64,000 bases of DNA from Eledone cirrhosa (GCA_964016885.1 OZ024741.1:278504001-278568000); one strand, 5' to 3'; counted from the first letter of the stretch, positions 35,657-50,046 are shown. Program-made: numbers and translations. The notes: a model not told the origin generated them from the letters alone.

Positions 35657-37923
35657 CATCATCATCATCATCATCATCAACGTTTAACGTCCGTGTTCCA
35701 CGCTTGCATGGGTTTGGACGGGGGTAGTCCCACTTGAGGCAAGAGTGATTGTCTTGCTCGCATAGGACTGTCTGGCAGGTTTTCTACAGTTGGATGCCCT
35801 TCCTAACACCAACCACATTTACAGTGTGGGTCTGGGAGGTTTTTACCGTGTTGCCTACACGGCCACATTACAGCGTGGACTGTGTGTTTTTTTGTCGTGA
35901 CACCTACACGATCTCATTTGTTTCGGCCTGGATGGCGCGGCACCAACATAACTTTACATAGAACGGGGTGGTGTGGATGGGGTGGGGGTGGCGGCGGGAG
36001 GGGTGTATTTTGTTAGAGATGCCTACTGGCAAGGCGGGTCTTCTCTGTTACTGAGTACCGCCAAAGGTCACGGTCCAGTGACATTGTCTTGGAGAGGTGT
36101 AAGTGTGTGAGGTCGGAGTTTATCAGCTCATCCCATGTTTTTCTAGGTCTGCCTATTCCGTGGCTACCGTCTATCTTTATTGCCCTGCACTTTGTAATAC
36201 AGCTATCGACTTTCATGCGCATCACGTGTCCATACCAACGCAGCCTTCTCTCGAGTAAACAACATCTGATCCCTCTTATCTCTAATTTTTTCCTTAGTTC
36301 GTTTATGCTTTGCCGTTCACGTATATTACTGTTACACATCCAGCGGAGCATGCAAGCTTCGTTCCTCTCTAGTCTGCGTATATCCTCTGCACACAATGCC
36401 CAGGTCTCACTACCATGCAACATTGCTGTTCGTATGCAGGCATCGTACAACCTGCCTTTCATTTTTAGGGAGAACCCTTTAGCAGCTAATAGTGGTATAA
36501 GCTCTCTGAACTTTTTCCAACCAGTTCTGACTCTAGCTACAGTACTTTCAGAGCACCCTCCCCCACTGCTGATTTTATCGCCCAGGTAACGGAAGCTGTC
36601 CACTATTTCTATAGAACCCTCTGCGCAATTGAAAGAGCTAGTATTTTGTGGGCACTTGCTGCTACTTATTGCACCAGAACACCGGCCACATGTAAAGTCT
36701 ACGTTCTTAGTTAGCTTACCTGTGATCCCACTACATCTTTTATGCACCCATACTTTGCATTTAGGACATAAGATGGAGTTTCTACCTACGCCTTTCCTAC
36801 ATACCGAGCACGACCATTTCCCAGAAGGGACCGCCGCCTTGTTTTCTTTCCTACAAACTAGAACTTTGGTCTTAGCCAGGTTAATTTTAAGTCCTTTTGA
36901 CTCTAGGCCGTGCTTCCATGTTTGGAATTTCTTCTCTAGCTCGGCCATTGATTCCGCTATGAGTGTCAGGTCGTCTGCGTATAGGAGTTCCCATGGGCAG
37001 CCTGTCTTGAACTCCTCTGTTATAGCCTGAAGGGCAATAATAAATAGTAGGGGGCTGAGAACAGAGCCCTGATGGACGCCAACTTTTACGCTAAACTCTT
37101 CACTATATTCGTTGTTAATTCTAACCTTGCTGACTGTTTCTTTATACATGGCTTGTATAGCCCTCACAAGCCATTCGTCAACGCCTAGTTTTCTAAGAGC
37201 CCACCAGATAATGGAGCGGGGGACTCTGTCGAAGGCTTTCTCCAGGTCGACAAAAGCTAAGTAGAGGGGTTTACCTTTAGCTAGGTACTTCTCCTGTAGT
37301 TGTCGTACTATGAAAAGAGCGTCTGTGGTGCTTTTGCCTGACACAAACCCGAACTGCATTTCATCTAGATCAATTCTCTCTCTGATTAGTTGCGCTATTA
37401 CTTTTTCCGTGACCTTCATGACCTGGTCGATTAACTTAATGCCTCTATAGTTACTCCTATCTAGGGCGTCTCCTTTACCCTTATAACAGTTAACGATGAT
37501 GCTGCTATGCCAGTCCTTCGGAACAACCCCATTCTGTACGACTTGGTTAACTATGCGGGTGACCATGGTGTGTCCCACCGTGCCAGATGCCTTCAGCATC
37601 TCAGCAACTATTTCCGAAGGCCCAGCCGCCTTACCAGTCTTCATATCCTTGATTGCCTTACTTATTATACTCCCCTCGACTAACACTGCTGGTCCCTCTA
37701 TCGGGTCGATAAGGGGGAGACTGTCTTTCTCCCATTTATTCTCCTCATTTAGTAGCCTTTCATAGTGACACTTCCAAGCTACCTTCTTATCAGTGTCGGT
37801 GATGGCAAGTATGCCATCATCGTTAAGTACACACTTCTCCCCGACAATATCACGGTTTTCCTTGACGCATTGCCTGGCAATCCTGAACACCTCACGTTTT
37901 TGGTCGTGAGGTGTTCAGGATTG
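35657..37923 (-). mobile_element. Young 5'-truncated RTE LINE with open RT + PHD-type finger
   Basis: 625-aa ORF 36013-37890: FVDLEKAFD, GVHQGSVLSP, LYADD, FRYLG, RLRWYGHV. 3' UTR and (GAT)n tail. Confidence 0.95.
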
Positions 37924-38009
37924 ATGTATGTATATGTATATATATATATATATATAATATATATATATGTATGTATATGTATATATATATATATATATGT
38001 ATGTATATG

Positions 38010-38062
<53 letters not shown>

Positions 38063-39461
38063 GTATATATATATATATATAATATATATATATATGTATG
38101 TATATGTATATATATATATATATGTATATATATATGTATATATATAATATATCTGTTAGAACACGAAAAGTGTGAAACAACAGAATGTTCACTTTTCGTG
38201 TTCTAACATATATGCCTAACATCTTCATAAATTTTTCGGGGATAGCCGTGGTGGTGGTGATCGTATGTCATTGGCTAATTTTCAACCAATCAGAGTAAGT
38301 GTTGATATATATATATACTATTCCCCCTCTCTCTATATATATCTTACGCTTTACACTCCTCCCCTTCAATAACACATTTCCCCCTCTCTATATATCTCTT
38401 CCACTGTTACTTACGCCTGTTTCTCTCTATCTGTTCCGTCTCTATATATATATCTCTTACTCTTTCGCTTTGCACTCCTCCCCTTCAATACCATCTCTCC
38501 CCCTCTCTATATATTTGTTACTCTATCGCTGCACGCTCCTCTCCAATATATCAATTACACACGCTTTACACTCCTTTATCCCCAGCGCCCCTATATATAT
38601 ACCCCCCCCCTCCCGCATCTATATTTTAATGTTCCGTTGCACCGTGAATATATGTGTCTATATATATATACATATATATTGTATATACACATTCATGTAT
38701 GTATATACACTGGTTTTATGTGTGTATTGTAAATTTGTACTGTTAAAACACGAAACTAACATTCGATTGACACTTTACCTGTACAGGCAATAGTTATTAG
38801 AATGCTGTTGAAGTGTGTATATATTTTTGGAGGACATCCTGTATATACACACATTATATATAATACAATAAACAGATAAATACACACATATATATATGAG
38901 CTTATTTAATTATAAATATTGTGAATTTTTAACTCAGTTCAATTATATATATAAATGGCTTCTACAGGATTAGAACTGTTTCATTCGAAAGAAATCATCA
39001 TAATATTGAGAGGGGGGACTAGATAAAATATTTCAAATCAAATGTGTATAAGTTATAAGTTAAAATGTATAAATAGAGACGATAGTGGAGGTATATCTGT
39101 TTAGTGGAACAGTAGACGATAGAATTAAATACAGACGAGAATCTCCCTTTAATGAAACAGCAGACGATAGAATTAAGGCAATTTAAATTTTAAGCATTTG
39201 CATTTCATCGTTACGGGGTCGATAAAATAAAGTACCAGTAATACACTGTCACTATAAGTAGACGACTTTCAAATTGAATTGTTGGTTCCATTTTTTTAGT
39301 ATTTTCAATTGTAGTTATCTACTTAAAAAGCGTTACACGGTTAGAGACATTATTGGTAAGTTATATCTTCCCTATTAAACCATTGCATTATTTCGCCTAC
39401 AATAGAACAAAAATGAAATGTTCTTTAAAGAAACAGGAATATAACTTTATAAAAAAGAAAG

Positions 39462-39508
<47 letters not shown>

Positions 39509-39513
39509 TCTCG

Positions 39514-39543
<30 letters not shown>

Positions 39544-39544
<1 letters not shown>

Positions 39545-39850
39545 AACGAAGAATGATAACATTTCAAGCAAAGAGTTTAATTAGGTAATGACTTACAAAT
39601 TTGTTTCAGTATATATTTAATATAATATTAATATATTTTGTAATATTATTAACTAATTATTATAATTAGCGCTTCAAGCTTTGTCTATATACTGAAACAA
39701 ATTTGTAAGTCATTACCTAATTAAACTCTTTGCTTGAAATTTTATCACTCTTCGTTTTGAATTTCTCCTAAGTATTCAATACTCTGTTGAGAAATACATT
39801 TTACATAAACAGTCTTTGTACCATTTATACGGTATTAATTACTTATATTT
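39544..39850 (+). mobile_element. Fold-back unit with hammerhead 3' half
   Basis: 72-bp inverted arms 39544-39615 / 39686-39757 containing GAAAC-aaattt-GTA (palindromic ACAAATTTGT). Tail to ~39850, TA flanks. Confidence 0.6.
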
Positions 39851-40711
39851 ATATATATATATATATAGCGTATGATTAGAACTGTGTTTATTATTAATAT
39901 TTTAATGGATTTAATGAAAAATTTTAGGTGTTCATATATATATTCTAAAAATGCGCGAAATCGTGAATCCGCGATAGTTGAACCGCCAAGTAGCGAGGTA
40001 TCACTGTATATATGTTTAAATATATAGTGTAGCTGTGATGTATCTCGCGAGTGAATCGAGACCTGTCACTGATTTTGGTGTCCCCACTGCCGATGTGAAT
40101 GAGCAACGCTGCACTTGTGAATTGGGTCTTGATGTTGCAGGCAGTTCATATACTTACAATGATGCGGTCCCACAAGCTTGTTCACATTCCTGTGCTAATA
40201 ATCTAGATGGGCGTATTAAATTGGATGTGAAAGCAGCTTACCGGATGCGGAATCGGGAGAAGTTGAGACAAAAACAGGCCGATTATAGAGCTGTGAATTT
40301 TGCTAAATTAACACAAAAACAGGCCAAGTATAGATGTTCAAAACGGTATGAGTTGGCAAACAAGCAGGCCAAGTATAGATCTGCAAATTCAGCTATTATA
40401 TCTCAAAAGCAAGCCGAGCGTAGAGCTTCTAAACGTACCGAGTTGGCTAAAGAGCAGACCAAGTACAGATCTGCAAATATCTTATTGCACAAACAATAAT
40501 TCTGCACAAATGTTGCTCCATTATTAGATCTAATGTTGCAACGATACAGTTAAATGTTGTCTGTGTATTTTAAAAAAGATTTGCTTATAATCTTTTCAAA
40601 TTTCATTACGCCAATGATTCAAGCTCAAATTGACATTATCTAAAAAATTGTACAAACAGCGGTGGATTAGCAGTAGTGAACAGATAAATCAGTCAATTTA
40701 TTAAGATTGAC

Positions 40712-41366
40712 TTGGCATCAATCAGCAAGACCTTCATTAGCTGCCCTCCAGCCATCTATTTAAAGCTGTATACATCTATGGTACGAATACACTTGGAGTT
40801 CGCGTCATCAGTCTGGAACCCCTATCTTGCTCAGAACATTGACCTCCTGGAAACTGTTCAGAGACATGCAACCAAGCGCATACCCTCCATCAGACACCTA
40901 CCATACCCTGAATATTTTGCTTCCCTCTGGCAATGGACTTGGTAAACACCCACAAAGTTATTAACCATCCGACCAACAACAACAACCCCGAACACCTTTT
41001 TGATCTCCATGTGTCTAACACGTGGACATGCCTACAAAGTCAGAAAACAACACAGCTCCCATGACTTTAGGAAATATTTCTTCATGCTCAGAGTTGCTGA
41101 AGGATGGAACAAACTTCCTGCATCAGTTGTTAGCTGATGACACACTGCATCCTTTAAAACCATCATACATTCCGAAATACACCAAAACTACACCTGATGT
41201 CCCCCTTCCATACACATGCACATATGTGTATATCATGACTCATGCACTGTTCTTTTTTCATGACGTTTTTATATTACCCTATGTATTATATATGCACTTT
41301 TGATGAGTTGTAGTGCACCTCAGCATTGTACACAATATTTTCATTATTATTATCATTATTATTATT
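40712..41366 (+). mobile_element. CR1-type LINE 3' fragment
   Basis: LYTSMVRIHLEFASSVWNPY..IDLLETVQRHATK, then RGHAYKV..FRKYFF.LRVAEGWNKLP in another frame. (ATT)n tail. Confidence 0.85.
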
Positions 41367-42508
41367 ACACATTGATCCATTTTGCACTAACTCTGCATCA
41401 AGCACCCTCACCTAAATATTAACCAATCAAGGATCCAATACAGCTATCTGTTGGATGAGTATTGTATAGTGCAAAAAACGAAACCAATCAGTTTAGCAGA
41501 AAGTTTCCAGACAAGAAACACGCATATTTTGCTATCCTCAAACACGTTTACACATGGCATGAAATATAACTAATCCGAGATGGCTAGGTTTCATCTTCTA
41601 ACTGGATATACGAAATCCATTATGTCTTGACAACAACATGAGGTAACATTATGTTATTCACAGACACACTTTGTACACTGTTCCATATCAGAATGTATTT
41701 CCTTCGTCACATTCACAAACAGTATTGAAAATATGTTCTTCGGCAAATAAAAATGTTTTGTTCATAATATTTCAACTAGCGATTGCTCTACTCCACGCAC
41801 GACCACCATAAATTAATGACCAGCTCAACACAAGTATTGGTAGAGCGTCAGACACCATGCTTTGCAGTATTGTTATGGTCCTTTGCATTCTAAGTTCAAA
41901 TCCTGCCGAGGTTAACTTCGACTTTCATACTTACTAATTCGATAAAATAAAGTACCAGTAATGGACTGCCGTAATGGATTTGTGCCGAAAAATAGAAACA
42001 CTATTAATGTGCAATAAGAGCAAAATATAACGACATTGCTCAATTATTTTATCTAATGTTGTAATAACACAAGGAAATGTTGTTTGTGTATTTTTTTTTA
42101 TATTTGCTCATAGGCTTTTACAATTTCGCTCAGCCAACAACTATTAAAAAGTGAGTTGCTTAAGATAACAATTTAATCACAAATTGTTGCTATCTTTTAA
42201 TACACTCCAACAAGTCATCAAATTATGTACAATAAAAACAAATCTTATTAATTTGCTCAGGGAATATAAAGAAAATGTATATACACTGATAATTGCAATT
42301 GTATGTAAATATTTTGTTTTTGTATTGTTTATTTTATGTTTTCTATTATGTATAATATATTGATTTAATATTGATTGTTTTTTGTAGTTGCTTATATTAA
42401 AAGTCTGAAAATATTTTTATACATCTTACACTAATATTTATAAGATAATTTATAATAACAATTACATAATCTAATTACATTACAACGATAATTTATTATT
42501 AATATATA

Positions 42509-43511
42509 TCCTGTTTAACTAGAGTTATTACAAGCGTTGCCTTAAAAAAATATTAAACTAGACATGAAAAATGCGCAAGCTCAAAAGTGCCACAGAATGT
42601 TATAATAAACCTTCAAAAGTGTGGGACTAGAGTTGTTGCTAAAAAATATTGTAATCATTATATATCGTACATTCTGTGGCATCCTTTATAAAAATAGCTT
42701 AAACCAACGAAGCCTTTATTTTTACGCTATTTCACTTAGTTAATTCTTAGAGTGTAACATATAAAAATAAATACATCTATGTTTAATGTAATAACAGCTA
42801 TAAATAATTACGTAATATTATTATCATATACTCATAGTAACAAAATAATTGTGTTGAAAATTAATATGATGCTTATATGAACGATCAAATCTATAATGAT
42901 AATTTCTTAAATATACTAATAGTAAAATAATTTAGTTATCTATTGTTACATTTTCATAGAACTATAATATTAACAATCGTATTGCATTATCAAATTTTTA
43001 TCACTACAAACTTTCATATTGGAATTACCTTAAGCCACTTATTATTACTTCGCTTTCGTACTTTTACAGCTGTAGATATTGCGCTGTATCTTATATCTAA
43101 TATCAATATCTCATGGTAATTTGCATGCAGTGTAAAATAGGTTTATTAATAACTTTAATATGAAATGTATTATACAGGGCTGCGGAGTCGGCCAAAAATT
43201 GACTGGCTCCAACTCAGGATCCGATACTCCATTATTTCCTAAATTTCAGCTCCGCAGCTCTGTTATTATATTAATTAATTTATTTTATAGTTGTAAATCA
43301 TATTTTTATATGTTACACTCTAAGAATTAACTAAGTGAAATAGCGTAAAAATAAAGGCTTCGTTGGTTTAAGCTATTTTTATAAAGGATGCCACAATGTA
43401 CGATATATAATGATTACAATATTTTTTAGCGACAACTCTAGTCCCACACTTTTGAAGGTTTATTATAACATTCTGTGGCACTTTTGAGCTTGCGCATTTT
43501 TCATGTCTAGT
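42509..43511 (-). mobile_element. Fold-back element with ~212-bp inverted repeats
   Basis: Arms 42557-42769 / 43301-43511, near-identical (one 2-nt indel, about 1 substitution). AT-rich 530-bp spacer. Abuts a long (TA)n tract. Confidence 0.65.
43175..43262. mobile_element. Small MITE-like element
   Basis: Termini cagggctgcggag / ctccgcagctctg (12 of 13 complementary). GC-rich island in an AT-rich spacer. Confidence 0.55.
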
Positions 43512-44631
<1,120 letters not shown>

Positions 44632-44634
<3 letters not shown>

Positions 44635-47113
44635 GTATATGATTATCCGCTACCCCCACCTTCAACCTGAAGGACCATAAGGTAAATTTTGACTCTAACC
44701 CTAAGATCAGACTTATATGCCCTTCTAAATCGGACATAGGGAAAATTAGCAAACATATACTTGACAGAGTAATAACTCAAGTGAAAAAGAAAATTGAAAT
44801 TAAACTATTGGGCAACACTAGCGAAGCAATTCGCTGGTTTAATAATGTTAAGAATAAGAATAAATCTAAGTTTATACAATTTGACATAGACGAATACTAC
44901 TCTTCCATCTCACCAAGCACTTTACGTAAGGCCCTATCGTTTGCTAAGGCCAATTCCGACCTAACGGAGGACGAAATTAATATTATTCTCGAGGCTAGAA
45001 AAACCATTATTAAGTTCGATAACTGCTACTGGGAACGTAAGGACAGACCCACAAATTTCGATATTACCATGGGTTCCAACGACTCGGCGGAGGTCACAGA
45101 TCTCGTGGGAATTTACATAGCCCACATATTACATAGTAAATTTAGTAATCTACAGGGGGATATACAGAGATGATGGGCTCTTATTAGTTAATAACTTGAA
45201 TAACCAAAATCTTGAAAGGCTACGGAAAAATATTAGAAAATCTTTTAGTGAACTGGGTCTAAAAATAACGTACGAATACAATCTTAAAGTAGTAAACTTT
45301 CTGGACGTAACTCTTAATTTAAATACCGGACAGATACGACCCTTCCACAAGGTAAATGAGAACCTTACGTATATTAACTTTAACTCTAACCACCCACACT
45401 CCATGATCAAATCAGTTCCCCGGAGTATTTCTCTTAGAATCTCTCGCCTATCGTCTAACTCTGATATTTTTAGTGAACACGCTGAATACTACAATAATGC
45501 ATTAAGGAATGCTGACCACCGGGATACAATAGAATACATTGATAGGAATTTCCATAACACACATAGCTCTACACGAAATCAAGGAATGCGTAACCGGGGG
45601 ACTAAAATACAAGCACACACACACAGTACTACCAGACATACTAATAATAGAAGATCACCACCAAATAAATCACGTTGTAGAAAGTATATCTGGTACAATC
45701 CTATTTTTAATGCCTCGATTAGTACAAAACTATCTCTTTCATTCTTTAAGTTAATCAACAAACACTTCCCTAGTTCCCATAAATACAGCAAAATTCTGAA
45801 CTCTAAAACTATTAGACTATCATACTCCACGGCACCAAACCTTGAAGCATACATAAAAAAACTTAACTTAAGGCAATTAAACAACTCTACAAAACAAAAC
45901 ATTTTAGTAACAGATGGGCAGAACGCAATATCTGCCTCCCAACCACTAAATGGGAGACGGGTATTACACACCCCACCTGTACCGCTATCACAACCTATCC
46001 ATGGTATACCTGCTACTCACAACAAAGAATGTAACTGCCATCTACCTGAAAGATGTCCATTGAAGAATGAATGCCTAAAGTCCAACATTGTTTACCAATG
46101 CACGGTTGAATCGAACGACCAGAAATGGTATTATATCGGATCTACCACCACATCGTTTAAATCTTGCTGGTACCGTCATCGATTCTCAATCAAACATTCG
46201 AATCACCGTTTTGTGACCACGCTCGCCAACAAGACCTGGCAACTCCGTGAACACAACCAACAGTTCACCTTAAAATGGGATATACTTTCCAGCACAAGTG
46301 CATATCGGAGTGGATTGAAGTACTGCAGATTATGTAACCTTGAGCTCTTTTACATATTAAAATCCAAAAACAAACTACTTAACGATAGAATTGAACGATC
46401 ATTATACTGCAACCACAAACTAAAAGCTAAATTCTCTCACTATAAAATAACTGAACATTCGAACCCGTAACTATAACACCGCTTTCTTAGCTAACAACCT
46501 TCTCTTCCCCCCACACGACAAGACAATACACTGCTTATCACTATACATGGTAACTCAGTGCAATTCCTAGATTACTACTACAAACCCAAAGTTCACTCAC
46601 CACACAAACTTCGTCTGTCCCCTCTCTACCTCTCTCTCTCTCTACATCCATTACACTCTCTCTCTCTCGCCTTTGGCCTACCTCCCTCTCAACATCTATG
46701 AACCTGCCCTCTGGGGCAATAAATAATTCCGACCTTAACTATCAACGCATCTCTCCAAAAGTAACCAGTATAATAAAACCCCTACCATAACATTCTGATT
46801 AAAATATCTACAAGCCACTCTCTCCTACTTCTCCAACCCCTGCATATCTTTCTTTCTCTCTCCCTCTTCCCTACTTTTCTCTCTTCCTTTTCTACTCTAT
46901 CTTCCCCAACAACCCCACTTAAGGGTATTTACATTGTACATTTTACCATTCTGCTCTGAGGAAACAGTGGTCACAGCATTGGATATTTGAGTTCTGCAAG
47001 TACTTGTGAATTTGCACATAGCATAACTAGGCTGCAGTACCACCGTGGAAACACTTGTAAGCACACGGAATAAATTACCTTTTTATGATGTCTACCTGTT
47101 ATTATTCATTCTT
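44632..47113 (+). mobile_element. Penelope-like retroelement 2, 5'-truncated, one frameshift
   Basis: [52 protein letters not shown], frameshift at YRDDGL (~45160), IWYNP, CNC..CP..C, YIGST GIY-YIG-type nuclease. (TA)n on both sides. Confidence 0.92.
46948..47071 (+). ncRNA. Hammerhead ribozyme motif with 85-nt stem II in the Penelope 2 3' end
   Basis: attc-tgct CTGAGGA [aacagtggtcacagc...gctgcagtaccaccgtg] GAAAC actt GTA agca-cacg-gaat. Followed by aataaa and ~40 nt to (TA)n. Confidence 0.65.
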
Positions 47114-47184
<71 letters not shown>

Positions 47185-47519
47185 AGAAGCAAAAAATTGC
47201 TTATTGTGATCCAGTTCTTGGTTAAGAAAGCCAGTTTCATGGATGGTTTCAATGTACGGTTAGGGGTAACTCTACAAGTTTGTAAGAATTCCGTTCAATC
47301 ATCAATTATAATTGAGTGGCTGCTATTTGCAGTATAGCAATATAAGGTTGCACTTACCAATGAAACGGTTGTAAATACCTGGATAAAATCCTTCTCTTAA
47401 TGCTTACCTGTGTTTTCTCTTATATATATATATATATATATATATACACGCATACAAATGCATGACATTAGTTTTTGCAATGTGTCTTTATTGCTTGTAA
47501 CTTTATTCCATTCTAACAG

Positions 47520-47629
47520 GCTTTAGATTCTCTTGACAAAAGTGACATTGCTGAATTACGTGTCTTCTCCAATCCCCCTGAACTTGTCAGAACAGTCATG
47601 GAAGCAGTTTGCATACTTATGAATCAAAA
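47520..47629 (+). CDS. DNAH6: Dynein heavy chain exon F (microtubule-binding domain, not in ORF track)
   Basis: aacag|GCT acceptor, AA|gtaggt donor. [37 protein letters not shown]. Confidence 0.92.
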
Positions 47630-48255
47630 GTAGGTTTAGATTTGTTTAATTCAGATGAAAACTTTCAATATATTTAATCTCTAATATGTCCTGGAGAGGA
47701 GATATTAGAGATTAAATATATTGAAAGTCCTCCAGGTTTAGAAATGTCCTGGAAATGCTGTATGTCAGTAAAGTGCCCCTATGACTCCCCCATCAGTTAT
47801 GGGCCTGTATATATATATATATATATATAAACGGAAAAAATGAAACAAAATTTCATTTCCCACTCTTAGTACGGCTGTTACTTAAATATAAGTATGTATA
47901 CGTACATACATATATGTATACAGGCGTACAGTAGTATCTATATATATATACATACATGCACACATATATATATGTACGTATGGATTCACCAAAGATTTAT
48001 TATAATGCTCGGTGTGTTTGTAAACAAACATCCCGTATTAAGCCGTAGTGTCTAGCAACCACCGTTGTTCGTTTGTTCAACACTGACAAAGGAACGCTGT
48101 ACTAGTTTCAAGCTTATATACTTATATATATATATAATCTATTATAAAAGCCTATATCTTGTTAATAACAACTGAAACTATTGCCTGTGTGAATATTGCT
48201 GACTATTACTTCTGATATGGTACAGTTTAGCAGGTCTCAACAACTGTTCTCACCA

Positions 48256-48291
<36 letters not shown>

Positions 48292-48298
48292 AAATTTA

Positions 48299-48490
48299 AT
48301 ATAGGAATTGCTTCTACAGGACTAGAACTGTTTCATTTGAAAGAAATCCTCAAGCTTTCCTGATGATTTCCTATGAATAAATCAGTTCTAGTCCTTTAGA
48401 AGCCATTTCTATATCGAATTTGATGTTTACACTCTACTAATGTATTGAGTACCTTACTGTGGTTACCCGCCAGTTGAACCCAAGACTCAC
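48299..48490 (+). mobile_element. Family F fold-back remnant with degenerate hammerhead
   Basis: Arms ~48299-48353 / 48360-48414 (cTGATGAtttcctatgaataaatcagttctaGTC). Tail matches the reverse complement of 745-815. Confidence 0.65.
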
Positions 48491-48574
48491 ATACACATAC
48501 ACACACACATGTATATATATATATATATATATTTATATGTGTGTATGTGTATATGTATATAAAAAGTGGGTATC

Positions 48575-48985
48575 TCTAGTACTTTTCCCAGGCATAAAAC
48601 CAAACTACATCTCGTCTAATTTGCCTCTTTCTCTAATTAGTTACATTATAACTCTTTCTATCGCTATCATAATTTGGTCCATTTGTTTTATTCCTCTATA
48701 GTTGCTCCTCTCTAGGGCATCGCCTTTGTCCTTGTAGCAATTTACGATTGCACTGCTGCGCAAGTCATTGGATATGACACCGTCCTGTATTACCCAATTG
48801 ACTATGCAGGTTACTAGTTTGATGCTTTTAACATCTCAGCAACTATCTCTGATGGTCCTGCAGCTTTACCCTTTTTCATCTTCTTTAACCCTATAACTGT
48901 CAATTTCAGTGGCTGGCCCTTCTATTGGGTGGGTTGGGGGTAGTTTCTCTTCCTGCCATTCATTCTCTACATTCATTAGTCTCAC
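48575..48985 (-). mobile_element. RTE LINE internal fragment (RT N-part)
   Basis: NVENEWQEEKLPPTHPIEGPA..., similar to 28930-29345. An RTE 3' UTR on the + strand follows at 49015-49235. Confidence 0.75.
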
Positions 48986-49598
48986 AGTAACATTTCCAGG
49001 CCTCTTTCTTTCAGAGTCCACACTGTAAAGTGGTCGTGTAGGTATCACAACAAAAAACACCCAGTACTCACTGTAAATGAGGTTGGCATTAGGAAGGGCA
49101 TCCAGCTATAGAAAACCAAGCCCAAATCAGTTCTGTATGAGCAAGACATGGTCACCTGACCTAATATTACCTAGGACAAGTCAGCTAACCCATGCCAGCA
49201 TGGAGAAATGGACATAAAATGATGATGATGATGATTCTAATATTTCTAAATATATTTGATCATGTCTTAATCTGGCCGACTGAGGTGAATATGATCACTG
49301 ACAATCGCCAAAAAGATCGAAACAGGTTTTTTTGCACCAGTTGGTTTTAAAAGTAAGGTTCACACTCAACTACATTGACTATATTTTTCAAAAGAATTTG
49401 TTCAGACTTGGAGAGGGATGAGCTCTGTTAGGTTTAAATGCCCTAGACACACTGCATATTTCTATAGTGTCCCTATGACTCAATAATAAGCTAAGGGTCC
49501 ATGTCATATATATATATATATTGTAGTAGTTCGCCACTTAAGTAGTTCTAGTTGCCTGTTACTCTAGAGTTTTCCCCAATCAATAATTGGTTTCTTAA

Positions 49599-49818
49599 CC
49601 CTTTAGCATTTAAACCAGCTGTATCCGGCCAGAATTCTCTCACTGCTTTTTGTTCAACTGGCTGTAACTAGCCACTCGTATTAATGTTATGGTATTGTTC
49701 TCAAAATAAATAATATCAAAATCTCATAGATTTGATATTATGTGAGATAATTATGTGAGGTAAAGCCTTTGGCATCAAAATATAATAGTATATATAGAGC
49801 AATGTAAATGCTAAAGGG
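49599..49818. mobile_element. piggyBac-type MITE
   Basis: TTAA at 49595-49598 and 49819-49822. Perfect TIR ccctttagcattta / taaatgctaaaggg. Confidence 0.88.
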
Positions 49819-50046
49819 TTAAATATGGAAAAATCATTCCTTGTTCCCACCGTCTGTAATCATTTCATTAACATTTCAAAATATTACATTTTCTCAAAAT
49901 TAATATTCAATCTTTCTTGCATTCTCTTTTACTGTCTTTTCATGACTTCCTCTTTTGTTGTTTTGCTATTATTTATTGTTATGTTATTTTGTACATTATT
50001 TTAATATTATTTTTATATTATTATTTATTTCCATATTTTGTTTCAG

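Noticed and set aside
36089-37765. + strand ORFs overlapping the RTE (also 59685-61361 on +, and 52805-53251 on -)
   Set aside because: Antisense shadows of the LINE reading frame.
38154-38208. 19-bp-arm hairpin beside a TA tract
   Set aside because: Real inverted repeat, but no ribozyme core or element ends could be defined.
41520-41750. Possible Helentron RepHel remnant (NGF.YP-like) on the - strand
   Set aside because: Requires several frameshifts and stops; cannot be supported without a search.
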